A stretch of DNA of 64,000 bases from Rickettsiales bacterium (GTDB taxonomy: Bacteria > Pseudomonadota > Alphaproteobacteria > Rickettsiales > JABIRX01), in assembly GCA_016778805.1 (NCBI GenBank), contig JADHOX010000001.1, positions 6,443 through 70,442 on the forward strand. The letters run 5' to 3'. Shown here piece after piece: positions 18,130-31,944 of the stretch. The notes below the pieces were generated by a model. The model ran no database searches, was not told the origin of the DNA, and was given only the letters and a program-made list of their open reading frames with translations. Positions within the stretch are counted from its first letter, which is position 1; each line of letters starts with the position of its first letter. Made by a program: the position numbers and the translations under genes.

Positions 18130-19060
18130 GTTTTTTGATATATTCTAAGATTGTAGCTGCTTTGTACTTTCCACGATCGGCCAAAACATTTGCTAATTTT
18201 AAATGATTAGAGAAATCTCCAGTTATCGAATCATGGTAATTACTTACACCAAATGGATGAATAATATTAACTTCAAGCTTAATTTTTTTACCTCTAATTT
18301 TTGCAAATGCAGAAATTGGAGTTTTACAATCTCCCTCAATATTTTTCAAAAACTGCCTTTCACAACTAGTTTCAATCATTGTTTTCTCATGATTAATAAC
18401 TTTAAGCATATCAACAACAACTTCATCATCTTTATGACACTCGATACATATAGTTCCTTGAGCAGGACTTGGTAGCATATCCTTAATAGAAATTTTCTGC
18501 GATATTCTCTTAGTTAACTTAAGTCTTTTTAAACCAGCATAAGAAAGAATAATACCATCAACCTGATCTTCATCTAATTTTTTTAATCTTGTAATAACAT
18601 TACCTCTAAAATTAATAATTTTTATCTTAGAATTCTTCTCAAGTAATATAGCCTTTCTTCTTGCTGATGATGTTCCAATTAAGGCTCCATCTTCAATTTT
18701 CTTCAATGATGAATATTTGTTTGAAATAAAAACATCACAAGGATTATCACGTTTTAAAACTGCAGGTATAATAAAATCAGATGGTAAAGAAGTTGGCATA
18801 TCCTTTAATGAATGAACAGCGAAATCAATTTCTTTATTTATTAAAGCCTCTTCCAATTCTTTGATAAAAAGACCCTTCCCACCAATATTAGCAAGATTTT
18901 CTTTTAATAATCGATCACCTGAGGTTTTCATTGTTTTAATTTCAAAACTGTAATTTTTGAATTTTTTTTGTAGCTTATTCTTTACTATCTCAGCTTGCAC
19001 AACTGCAAGTTTACTTTCTCGTGATCCAATTATAAAATTCTGCTTTACCTGAGACGACAT
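18107..19060 (-). CDS. hemC: porphobilinogen deaminase (hydroxymethylbilane synthase)
   Basis: IGSRESKLAVVQAE, HSLKDMP, GTSSARRKA and the cofactor Cys context EGDCKTPISAFA. ATG at 19060 preferred. Confidence 0.9.
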   Translation of the reverse strand: MSSQVKQNFIIGSRESKLAVVQAEIVKNKLQKKFKNYSFEIKTMKTSGDRLLKENLANIGGKGLFIKELEEALINKEIDFAVHSLKDMPTSLPSDFIIPAVLKRDNPCDVFISNKYSSLKKIEDGALIGTSSARRKAILLEKNSKIKIINFRGNVITRLKKLDEDQVDGIILSYAGLKRLKLTKRISQKISIKDMLPSPAQGTICIECHKDDEVVVDMLKVINHEKTMIETSCERQFLKNIEGDCKTPISAFAKIRGKKIKLEVNIIHPFGVSNYHDSITGDFSNHLKLANVLADRGKYKAATILEYIKKHASYIDN

Positions 19061-19155
19061 TTTTGCTATTTTTAATAAATATGACAATTAAATTGTTTAA
19101 GACAATTTTGTAATATTATCAAATTATAAATTAATAGTTTTAATTAAAAACTTAT

Positions 19156-19866
19156 ATGGATAATAAAATTCTTATAGGTCTTACAGCTGATTTACAAGAT
19201 GATCAAAAATACTCAGATGCACCATATTATGCGCTAAGGAAAAACTATACCGAAATTCTTACCCAAAATAAAGCAGCCTCAATAATTTTACCTCCTATAG
19301 AAGAGAATATTGATGAATATCTAAAAATGGTTGATGGACTAATTATAACCGGGGGAAATTTTGATATAGATCCAACATTATATAACGCTAAAGAAATACA
19401 TAAACAAACAATTGTTAATCATGAAAGATGTCGTTTTGAATATTTAATTACAAAAAAAGCTCTAGAAAAAAATATCTCCATATTGGGAATTTGTGGAGGC
19501 ATGCAACTTTTAAATGTAATTTTTGGTGGCTGTTTAATTCAAGATCTAGAAGAGCATAATCAAAGCCTATCTATCCATGAGCAAAAACCATATAATGAAC
19601 CCGCCCATGGTATTAAGATAAGAAAAAATACATTATTACATGATATTATTGGCCAAGATCAAATCAAAGTTAACAGCTCACATCATCAAGCAATAAATAA
19701 ATTAGCACCAAACTTTATCGAATCAGCAAAATCAGATGATGGAATTATTGAAGCAATTGAAATTAACGATAAAAATAAATTTGTTATTGGAGTTCAATGG
19801 CACCCTGAATATAATGTAACTGAAGCTGATGCTAAAATTTTTAAAACTTTCATTAAAAGTTGCTAG
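19156..19866 (+). CDS. class I glutamine amidotransferase-like / peptidase C26 (gamma-glutamyl-GABA hydrolase family)
   Basis: Nucleophile elbow GICGGMQLLN and the QWHPE catalytic His/Glu block. Confidence 0.8.
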   Translation: MDNKILIGLTADLQDDQKYSDAPYYALRKNYTEILTQNKAASIILPPIEENIDEYLKMVDGLIITGGNFDIDPTLYNAKEIHKQTIVNHERCRFEYLITKKALEKNISILGICGGMQLLNVIFGGCLIQDLEEHNQSLSIHEQKPYNEPAHGIKIRKNTLLHDIIGQDQIKVNSSHHQAINKLAPNFIESAKSDDGIIEAIEINDKNKFVIGVQWHPEYNVTEADAKIFKTFIKSC

Positions 19867-19920
19867 CTGCAAAAAAATCATATAAAATTTACACATCATA
19901 ATATTACAAGATCCAAAACC

Positions 19921-20589
19921 ATGAAACTTGTTCAGTTTGTAATGCAAAGCATGGGGTTAACTAGAAAAGCCGCAAGCAAAATAATTAGCGAAAAAAGAAT
20001 CAGTATAAACCTTGAATTATCAACTAGTTACTCTGCTATACTTAATGAAAAGGATGAGGTTAGAATTGATGACAAAATAATCAGTTTACAGACAAAAAAA
20101 GTCTATTTATTTCATAAACCACAAAATGTTATTGTAAGCTCAAAACATGATGATGATAGGCAAATAATTTACGATTTAATTCCTGAAAATTTACATCATT
20201 TAAAATATGTCGGAAGATTAGATGCAAATAGCGAAGGTTTATTGTTACTTACAAATGATGCTTCTTACAAAAACTATATTGAGAATCCAAAAAATAATAT
20301 CGAAAAAATTTATAAAGTTAGATGTTTTGGAATCATATCAAAAAATGATTTAGCTAAACTCAAAAAGCCTATTAATGTTGATGAAATTATTTATAACTTC
20401 AGACAAATAAAGCTTATAAAATCTGGATCCAACTCTTGGTATCAGATTATTCTTACAGAAGGTAAAAATAGAGAAATTAGAAAAGTATTTGAGCATCTCG
20501 GTCATCCAGTAAGCAGAATTATTAGATTATCAGTTGACAAATTTCAGCTTGGTAACTTAAAAGCTGGTGAACTTAAACAGGTAATCTAA
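19921..20589 (+). CDS. rRNA pseudouridine synthase, RsuA/RluB family
   Basis: N-terminal S4-like domain and the catalytic motif VGRLDANSEGLLLLTND. Confidence 0.85.
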   Translation: MKLVQFVMQSMGLTRKAASKIISEKRISINLELSTSYSAILNEKDEVRIDDKIISLQTKKVYLFHKPQNVIVSSKHDDDRQIIYDLIPENLHHLKYVGRLDANSEGLLLLTNDASYKNYIENPKNNIEKIYKVRCFGIISKNDLAKLKKPINVDEIIYNFRQIKLIKSGSNSWYQIILTEGKNREIRKVFEHLGHPVSRIIRLSVDKFQLGNLKAGELKQVI

Positions 20590-20672
20590 AATCAGATGAT
20601 AAAAAGGCACTTGTAAATAAGCAAAAAAACCATTAATAATACTTACCTTAACTGGTTTTACAGCTTATTAAA

Positions 20673-23600
20673 TTGTTTCTTAACTTACCAAATTCAAATT
20701 ATAAAATTAAACTTTGCGAAATTAATAAAACTAACGTTATTGCACAAATTCATGAGAATTTCTTAAACTTCGTAAAATCTCACAATAAAACCACAGCTGC
20801 AAAATTTGCTAAAAATCAGAAAGATCAAATATATGATCCAGAAACCTCGATCGAATTAGCTAAGATCTTAGAGCAATATCTAAAAATATTATTTAACTTA
20901 GAGCAAAATCAAGATAAACAAATAAAGGATCTAGAGCTTACTCAAAACATCTATAAAACTTTCATTTTAAAAAAATGCTATAAAAAATCTGAGCCTGTAG
21001 ATTTTGATCAAGATCAACTATCAGCTCAATTACAAGAGATTACGAATAATTTTAGCGAATTAAAATTCGTTAAATTTATAAGTAACGCTATTTTTAATCA
21101 AAATGAAGAATTAATTTCTGAAATCGAACAATATTGTTTATGGGCTTGTCATTCAAGGGAAGGTAAAATTAAACATAAAGAACATACAATTTTTCAAATC
21201 CCAGAAAAATTAAATCTCGAAAATTTAATTAATATTGAAGCAAAAGATAATATTTTTAGCTTAAAGCACAATAAAACAAGATATGGTTTTGATTTTCACG
21301 ATCATGATATTAAAACTGAAACAGCCCTAAAAGAAGCTAATTATTGCTTATATTGTCATAATCGTGAAAAAGATTCCTGCAGTAAAGGTTTATTAAACAA
21401 AGATAATTCTTTTAGGAAATCAGCCAGTAACATTGAGCTAAAAGGTTGCCCTCTTGACCAGAAAATCTCTGAGATGAATCTTTTATATAAAGAGCATAAA
21501 TCAATTGCAGCACTTGCTATGATGATGATTGATAATCCAATGCTTTTACTAACTGGTCATAGGATCTGTAATGATTGTATGAAAGCATGTATTTTTCAAA
21601 CACAAGATCCAGTTAATATTCCACTTATCGAAACGACAATTTTAGATAATGTTTTAGATTTAAATTATGGTTTTGAAATATATTATCTTTTAACATTATG
21701 GAATCCTCTAAATATCAATAGACCAATCCCTAAATCTTCAACTAACAATAAAATTCTTATTTGTGGTGCTGGCCCTGCTGGTATAAGCCTAGCATATAAT
21801 CTTTTGATGGATGGTCATATAGCAGTTATTATTGACGGCCTCAAAATAGAGTCAGTTACTAATGAAGTATTTGATAAAAATGGTAACTTAATTTTATATA
21901 ATGATTGTAAAACAAAATTATTTCAAAATTTATCAGAAAAAATTGCTGAAGGCTTTGGCGGAGTTGCTGAATATGGCATCACTCCTAGATGGAATAAAAA
22001 CTATCTAAAACTTGCAAGGATAACTTTAGAGCGACATCAAAACTTTCATTTATATGGCGGCATCAGATTTGGCAGCCAAATTACTAAAGAACAAGCCTTT
22101 GAGCTTGGTTTTGACCATATAGCATTTTGTATGGGAGCAGGCTCACCAAATATTATTAATCTTAAAAACAATTTAATTCCTGGCGTCAGAAAAGCATCTG
22201 ATTTTCTAATGACACTTCAATTACTTGGTGGCTTTGATATAAAATCACTTGTTAACATGCAAATTAGAATGCCAATTGTTGTCATAGGGGGTGGCTTAAC
22301 AGCGATTGATACAGCTACTGAAAGTCTTGCTTATTACCCTATTCAAATTTTAAAGCTTAAAGAATTATTAGATAATCTAATTACTAAACATGATTTAACT
22401 TTGGATCAAATTGGCCAAGGTTTTAACGAGTCTGAAAAAGCAATTTTTAACGAATTTCTAGATCACAGTAAATTATTCGAAGCCGAAATCACAAAAGCTA
22501 AAGCTGAAAATAGCAAACCTAACTTTCTCCCGATATTAAATAAGTTAGGTGGCGCTTTAATAATTTACAGGAAATCTCTAAAGGAATCACCAGCTTATAG
22601 GCTTAATCATGAGGAAGTGATAAAAGCACTAGAAGAAGGTATAAAAATCCAGGAGAATACGACACCTATTGAGATTGTAAAAGATAAATTCGGCTATGCA
22701 GAATCTATAAAAACTAAATTATATGATCAAGATTGTAACATTCCTGCTAAAACAATTTTGATAGCGGCAGGAACCAAAGCCAATGTTATTATTGCCTCTG
22801 AAGACAATGATTTCGAGGTCGAAGATCGATATTTAAAATTAATTTCACAAGAAACTGAACTTAAAGATAAATTTATTTGTTACCAAAATGCCAAATTAGA
22901 AGCAGTTTCAGTTTTTGGCGATATGCATCCTTATTATTCAGGAAGTGTTGTAAAAGCCCTAGCCTCAAGCAAACATGGTTACAAGGTAATTAGTAAATTG
23001 CTGAAAGATAAGCCTCTAAACAAAATTACTAATTATGATTTTAAAGAAGAGTTAGATATTAATTTTAAAGCTAAGGTTACTAAAATAACTAGATTAACTG
23101 AAAATATCATTGAGGTAAAAGTTAGATCAAAACTTGCGTGTCAAAATTTTCACGCTGGTCAATTTTATAGATTACAAAACTTTAGTAAATCAGCTCAAAT
23201 AATTAATGGTAAACGACTTGATATTGAGCCATTAGCTCTAACTGGCTCTGAAATTAATCTCAAAACATATGAAATCTCACTCATTGCCCTTGAAATGGGA
23301 GGATCATCAAACCTACTCAAACATCTTAGTGAAAATGATGAGATTATTTTAATGGGACCAACAGGAACCCCAACTGAAATACCAAAAAACAAAACAATAT
23401 TACTCGCAGGTGGTGGTCTTGGTAATGCGGTATTATTTTCAATAGGTAAAGCTTTAAAGAATAACGGCTGCAAAGTGTTATATTTTGCTGGTTATAAAAA
23501 GAATCAAGATCGTTATAAAATTGAAGCTATAACAAATGCTGCAGATTCGGTTATTTGGTGTACAGATGAAGAAAATGATATCGAAAATATTCGACCAGAA

Positions 23601-24017
23601 GATTATAAATTTACCGGTAATATAATAAAAGCAATGCTTGCATACGCAAATGGCGAACTAGGTAAAACTCATATTAAGTTTAATCAAATAGATCGAATTA
23701 TTGCAATTGGCTCAGATAAAATGATGCATGCTATAGCCAAAGCTAGGCATAATGAATTAGCTAAATACCTAAATCCTAATCATGATGCCATAGCAAGTAT
23801 AAATTCACCAATGAATTGCATGATGAAGGAGATCTGTGGTCAGTGTATACAAAAACATCAAGAGCCTAAGACAAAAAATGAGTATTTTGTTTTTTCTTGT
23901 AAAAATCAGGATCAATTTATGGATAATGTTGATTTTGATAATTTATCAGAAAGATTATCTCAAAACTCTGTGAAAGAAAAATTAACAAAATTATGGATCA
24001 AGAAGAATATCAATTAG
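20673..24017 (+). CDS. multidomain Fe-S flavoprotein: unknown N-domain + GltD/NfnB-like NAD(P)H oxidoreductase + PyrK/NfnA-like FNR with 2Fe-2S
   Basis: Cys clusters CLYCHNREKDSC..GCP and ICNDCMKAC. Dinucleotide folds ILICGAGPAGISLAY and VVIGGGLTAIDTA. C-terminal FNR-like module (HAGQFYRL, ILLAGGGLGNAVL) ends in CMMKEICGQC..FSC. Only a TTG start is available (20673). Confidence 0.75.
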   Translation: MFLNLPNSNYKIKLCEINKTNVIAQIHENFLNFVKSHNKTTAAKFAKNQKDQIYDPETSIELAKILEQYLKILFNLEQNQDKQIKDLELTQNIYKTFILKKCYKKSEPVDFDQDQLSAQLQEITNNFSELKFVKFISNAIFNQNEELISEIEQYCLWACHSREGKIKHKEHTIFQIPEKLNLENLINIEAKDNIFSLKHNKTRYGFDFHDHDIKTETALKEANYCLYCHNREKDSCSKGLLNKDNSFRKSASNIELKGCPLDQKISEMNLLYKEHKSIAALAMMMIDNPMLLLTGHRICNDCMKACIFQTQDPVNIPLIETTILDNVLDLNYGFEIYYLLTLWNPLNINRPIPKSSTNNKILICGAGPAGISLAYNLLMDGHIAVIIDGLKIESVTNEVFDKNGNLILYNDCKTKLFQNLSEKIAEGFGGVAEYGITPRWNKNYLKLARITLERHQNFHLYGGIRFGSQITKEQAFELGFDHIAFCMGAGSPNIINLKNNLIPGVRKASDFLMTLQLLGGFDIKSLVNMQIRMPIVVIGGGLTAIDTATESLAYYPIQILKLKELLDNLITKHDLTLDQIGQGFNESEKAIFNEFLDHSKLFEAEITKAKAENSKPNFLPILNKLGGALIIYRKSLKESPAYRLNHEEVIKALEEGIKIQENTTPIEIVKDKFGYAESIKTKLYDQDCNIPAKTILIAAGTKANVIIASEDNDFEVEDRYLKLISQETELKDKFICYQNAKLEAVSVFGDMHPYYSGSVVKALASSKHGYKVISKLLKDKPLNKITNYDFKEELDINFKAKVTKITRLTENIIEVKVRSKLACQNFHAGQFYRLQNFSKSAQIINGKRLDIEPLALTGSEINLKTYEISLIALEMGGSSNLLKHLSENDEIILMGPTGTPTEIPKNKTILLAGGGLGNAVLFSIGKALKNNGCKVLYFAGYKKNQDRYKIEAITNAADSVIWCTDEENDIENIRPEDYKFTGNIIKAMLAYANGELGKTHIKFNQIDRIIAIGSDKMMHAIAKARHNELAKYLNPNHDAIASINSPMNCMMKEICGQCIQKHQEPKTKNEYFVFSCKNQDQFMDNVDFDNLSERLSQNSVKEKLTKLWIKKNIN

Positions 24018-24622
24018 AATATGATTATCGTAATGACCTAATAGTTAATTTTACTAATGGTAAAAACAAAATAAAATTTAACTTAAGTCAATATTATTTA
24101 GATCTTAAAACTAGGATTCAAACTAATCTTAAAAAAGAACCATTATTTAAATTAATTAAAGCTAATCAAACAATAATTGATGCAACATCAGGGTTGTTAC
24201 AAGATAGTTTAATTCTTGCAGCTTTTAACAAAAAAATAATATGTTTTGAAAGTGAAAAGCAGATTTTTAAGCTTCAAGAAATTATAAAAAATGATATTTT
24301 AGCTATGGATCCCTTTTTTAAAAACATCGTAAAAAATATCAGGATTGAACTTGGAAAATCAATCAACTACAATAAGATTTTAAAGCAAAACATTAGCTGT
24401 ATTTATGTTGACTTAATGTTTGATGACACTAAAAATTCGGCACCTAAAAAATCAAAACAACTGCTTAGGAAATATGCTGATAAGAATAATAATTATGCTG
24501 AATTTATTGATTATGCCAAAGCTAATAAACTAAATCTTATTATCAAATCCAACAGCTTAAATCTTGCAAAAAACTACCCTGAATTATCCTATCAAAAATT
24601 TGGTAATTTATATTTTTATCAA

Positions 24623-24637
<15 letters not shown>
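23993..24637 (+). CDS. rsmJ: 16S rRNA (guanine1516-N2)-methyltransferase RsmJ-like SAM methyltransferase
   Basis: IIDATSGLLQDSLILAAF and IYVDLMF..K..APKKS blocks align by eye with E. coli RsmJ (DATAGLGRDAFVLA; VYLDPMF). Confidence 0.7.
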
Positions 24638-28187
<3,550 letters not shown>

Positions 28188-28272
28188 TTAAAATATCATT
28201 TTGATTGCGCTTTTATTGCATAATAAATTTATAACTTTAAAATCTAATATCGCAAAAACTCAACATTATTTT

Positions 28273-29007
28273 ATGCTAAAACTCATAATAACTATTTCAT
28301 TTTTATTTTTAGTTAATTGTAGCTCAAATAAAGAAAAAGAATTAAACGCAGATAAGATCTTATATGAAGATGCAATCAAAGCATTAGAAAAAAATCGCTT
28401 TATAAAAGCAAGTGATTATTTAAATGAATTAGAGTCTAATCACCCTTTCTCATCATATATTGTTAAAACAGAAATTTTGTTAGCCTTTATTAATTATGTT
28501 AATAAAAATTATGATGAATCATATAATTTTGCAGAAAAATTTATCAAACTTAGACCTGCAAATGAATATGTAGCATACATGTATTATCTTAGATCTTTAT
28601 CTATTTACAATCAATCGAGTGATTATTTAAGGGAACAATCACAAACAAGAAAGGCTCAAAGATCATTTCGTGAATTAATAGTAAGATTTCCAGATTCTCC
28701 ATATTCTAAAAGCGCAACTATTGAACTTAATTTTATAACTAACAAACTTTCTGCCCATGAAATGGCATTAGTTAGATTTTATGAATCACAAAAACTATAT
28801 ATTTCAGCTTTAGATATTGTTAAAAAAACAATTTTAAATTATCCTAATAGCCCATATAATGCAGAAGCACGCTTTAGAGAGATAGAAATTTTGACGATTT
28901 TAAAACTTTACAAAATCAGAGATGATAGATTAGTAGAAATGTTAACAAAGCATCCAGGATCTCAATGGAGTATTGAAGCAAAGAAAATTTCATCAATAAA
29001 TACTTAA
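28273..29007 (+). CDS. bamD: outer membrane protein assembly factor BamD (ComL/YfiO) lipoprotein
   Basis: ATG at 28273 gives a lipoprotein signal with lipobox (FLFLVNC). TPR-like helical repeats. Conserved position upstream of recN. Confidence 0.8.
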   Translation: MLKLIITISFLFLVNCSSNKEKELNADKILYEDAIKALEKNRFIKASDYLNELESNHPFSSYIVKTEILLAFINYVNKNYDESYNFAEKFIKLRPANEYVAYMYYLRSLSIYNQSSDYLREQSQTRKAQRSFRELIVRFPDSPYSKSATIELNFITNKLSAHEMALVRFYESQKLYISALDIVKKTILNYPNSPYNAEARFREIEILTILKLYKIRDDRLVEMLTKHPGSQWSIEAKKISSINT

Positions 29008-30573
29008 ATGTTAAAATATTTAAAAATACAAAATTTTTTAATTATTGATAATCAAGAATTAATTTTTGACAATAGATATAATGTTATTGTTGGTGAAACA
29101 GGATCAGGAAAATCAATAATTTTGAAAGCATTGGCATTTGTACTTGGCAAAAGAATTGATGGTAAGGTTATTCGTCCAGGATGTGAAAAAGCAATAATTA
29201 CTGCTGAATTTGATATCTCTGCTAAAGATAATATTAAATCAGCTCTCAATCAATATGAGATCGAATATAGTGACAATATTATAATTAGACGAATAATAAA
29301 AAATGATTCTAGCTCAAAAATATTTTTAAATGATCAAATCATATCTAATAATATAGTAAAAAATATTTTTGCTAATTTGATTGAAATTCAAACTCAACAT
29401 GAGAAAAACAATCTTTATGATAATAACTATATTCTTAAGTTAATTGATAATTTTCATGGTAATTTTGATTTATGTAACGAAGTAAAAGATTTTTTTCAAA
29501 AACTTAAATTCTATAGGGATCATTTAATTGAACTAAACAACAAAGCAAAAAAAATCGAGATCGAAACCCAGTTTTATAATCAAATTTATTCAGATCTTTC
29601 CAATCTAAATCCATCAGCTGAAGATTTTGAGAAATTAACTAATTTAATACAAAGTCTTAAGGAAAGCAGTAATTACCAAAATTCATTTAAGATTATAAAC
29701 GCTAAATTTAATGAAGAAAATGGCATTTTAAGCCTTGTAAATGATTCATTAAAAGAAGTGTATAATTTAGAAAATTATAAACCAAAATTTGTTGATAACA
29801 TTAGCCAAGAACTTTCTAAAGCATTTGACCAACTATCTTTGATTTCTGATAATTTAACTAATGAGTTTAATGAAATAAATAACTCAAATTATGATGAAGA
29901 AGAATTAAAAGAAAGATTTTCCGAGTATAAAAGTTTTGCAAGAAAATACAGAACTACTGAAATCGAGCTTGAACAAACATTAAAAGATGCTCAAAATAAT
30001 TTAAATCAATTAAATAATTTGGATAAGGAAATTACTAAAACCAGGCAAATTATTTCAGAAATTTCAGAAAAATTTTTAAAATCTGCAAAAAAACTTTCAG
30101 ATCTTAGAAAAAAAACTACTGAAACTATCCGAAAAGACATAAAATCACACCTATCTGGCATGAATATGGCTAAAGCCGAACTCAATATTGATATTAAGTC
30201 GCTTAATTCTGAAAATTGGAATGAAAATGGTACTGATTTAATTGAATTTTTGATAAGTACTAATCCAGGGCAACCATTTGTTGCTTTAAGAAATACTATT
30301 TCTGGAGGTGAAATGTCTCGTATTTTACTTGCAATAAAATTATGCTTTAGCAAAAAACTTAGTTTAAACACTATAATCTTTGATGAGATTGATGCTGGTA
30401 TAGGTGGAGAAACTGCAGAATTAATAGCTGAAAAATTGTTAATTTTATCAAAATCTATTCAAATTATTGCAATTACCCATAATGAGATACTATCAAAAAA
30501 ATCTGACAAAAAATTAATAATTAGTAAAGTTCACAAAAATAATGCTACATACTCCCAAATTTTATCGGCGTAA
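29008..30573 (+). CDS. recN: DNA repair protein RecN
   Basis: Walker A GETGSGKSI, long coiled-coil, signature ISGGEMSRILLA, Walker B IIFDEIDAGIGG. Confidence 0.9.
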   Translation: MLKYLKIQNFLIIDNQELIFDNRYNVIVGETGSGKSIILKALAFVLGKRIDGKVIRPGCEKAIITAEFDISAKDNIKSALNQYEIEYSDNIIIRRIIKNDSSSKIFLNDQIISNNIVKNIFANLIEIQTQHEKNNLYDNNYILKLIDNFHGNFDLCNEVKDFFQKLKFYRDHLIELNNKAKKIEIETQFYNQIYSDLSNLNPSAEDFEKLTNLIQSLKESSNYQNSFKIINAKFNEENGILSLVNDSLKEVYNLENYKPKFVDNISQELSKAFDQLSLISDNLTNEFNEINNSNYDEEELKERFSEYKSFARKYRTTEIELEQTLKDAQNNLNQLNNLDKEITKTRQIISEISEKFLKSAKKLSDLRKKTTETIRKDIKSHLSGMNMAKAELNIDIKSLNSENWNENGTDLIEFLISTNPGQPFVALRNTISGGEMSRILLAIKLCFSKKLSLNTIIFDEIDAGIGGETAELIAEKLLILSKSIQIIAITHNEILSKKSDKKLIISKVHKNNATYSQILSA

Positions 30574-30647
30574 AAATTTGAAAATTACATTAATGCTTTT
30601 ATAATCAAAAATTCTGTGCTATAATAAAGGGGATAAGAATTGAGATT

Positions 30648-31709
30648 ATGATTAGAAACAAAAACTATTCAACAATAACAAAAGAGGCATCGACTTTTGT
30701 CTCTGCAATAAAAAGTTTTTTTGAAGATTTTGATAATATTGATAAAGAATATAAATATGCTTTAAATCTCAATAATAAGATTCCTGAAGAAATTACTTCA
30801 AAATTAGTTAATTTATATAATTCATCAACTTTACGCGAAAAATACATTTTAGCTCTCAATGCTCAACATAGTAAGCTTAATCAAATATATAGTTCATACC
30901 ATAATAAAAATTCTGAAGAAGCAATTAATGCAAAGAAACGTCTTGTTACTATAAGAGATCAATTAAAAACATTATATACCAAAGATAGTAAGAGTAATAT
31001 TATAGAATCTACTTCTGATTGGATTAGAAGAACTCAACTTAATTCTCAAAACACTAATCAAAGAAGTGATATCAGAATGAGAACTAAAGGTGGAGTTGAT
31101 GAAATAACTAACCGAATCAAAAACATTTTATCTCAAGCAAAACGACTTAATAAAGACCAAGTTCATGATAATGATCTCGGTCAAATTTTTGCTAATATCC
31201 AAAAAAAAATTAACGAGCGAAACAAACATATTTTAGCATCAGGTATTTTCTTAGGTTCAGTATCAGCAATTTTAACAGCTGCTATTGAATATGAAAACAA
31301 TACAATTGGAGATGAAAAATTTCTTGAAAATGAAATCAAACAAGAAGAAACATCAGAATATGTTGCAGAATCAGATGTCTCTTCTGATGCTCCTGCTTCA
31401 GAGCCTGGATCTGATATGGGTGGTAGTGAATATGAAAATGGAGAATTATTTATTGAAACAACACAAGTTTTCCAAGCTTTACAATATGCTATTCTAATAG
31501 CAATTATGGTCATGATTGTAATGACACTAGTTTACTTTGCTACAACTATTACGGCTCAATCTGAACGTAATAGAATAACAAACGAAGAAATTAAAAATTT
31601 AGAAGCGGAAAAGCTTGATAACAAAATAGCTAGGAAAGAAAAAAAATTCACTGAGAGAGCTGAATTTATCGCAGAAACTGATGAAATAATTAAAAATTTA
31701 AGCAAATAA
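30648..31709 (+). CDS. hypothetical coiled-coil membrane protein (two TM helices flanking an acidic loop)
   Basis: 353-aa ORF with coding-like composition. Predicted TMs ILASGIFLGSVSAILTAAI and ILIAIMVMIVMTLVYFATTI. K/E/N-rich helical N- and C-terminal regions. No family recognised. Confidence 0.6.
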   Translation: MIRNKNYSTITKEASTFVSAIKSFFEDFDNIDKEYKYALNLNNKIPEEITSKLVNLYNSSTLREKYILALNAQHSKLNQIYSSYHNKNSEEAINAKKRLVTIRDQLKTLYTKDSKSNIIESTSDWIRRTQLNSQNTNQRSDIRMRTKGGVDEITNRIKNILSQAKRLNKDQVHDNDLGQIFANIQKKINERNKHILASGIFLGSVSAILTAAIEYENNTIGDEKFLENEIKQEETSEYVAESDVSSDAPASEPGSDMGGSEYENGELFIETTQVFQALQYAILIAIMVMIVMTLVYFATTITAQSERNRITNEEIKNLEAEKLDNKIARKEKKFTERAEFIAETDEIIKNLSK

Positions 31710-31713
31710 AACA

Positions 31714-31802
31714 TGGTGCGGACGAGAAGAGTTGAACTTCCACTCCAATAATTAGGAACAGCGACCTCAACGCTGCGCGTCTACCAATTCCGCCACGCCC
31801 GC
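31714..31802 (-). tRNA. tRNA-Leu(GAG)
   Basis: Manual cloverleaf. Acceptor GCGGGCG/CGTCCGC, anticodon stem CAGCG/CGCTG with loop TTGAGGT, long variable arm, T-loop TTCAACT, encoded CCA. Confidence 0.9.
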
Positions 31803-31944
31803 AATCGTTGCAGATAATAAGAACATCGATTTAAAGCTCAAACAAATTTTTTATTTTTAAATTAATAATTATATAACAATTAAAAAAATCATTGATTAGG
31901 TAGATCAATAATATTAAATTAGGTGTTCGATACCATAGCTAAGA

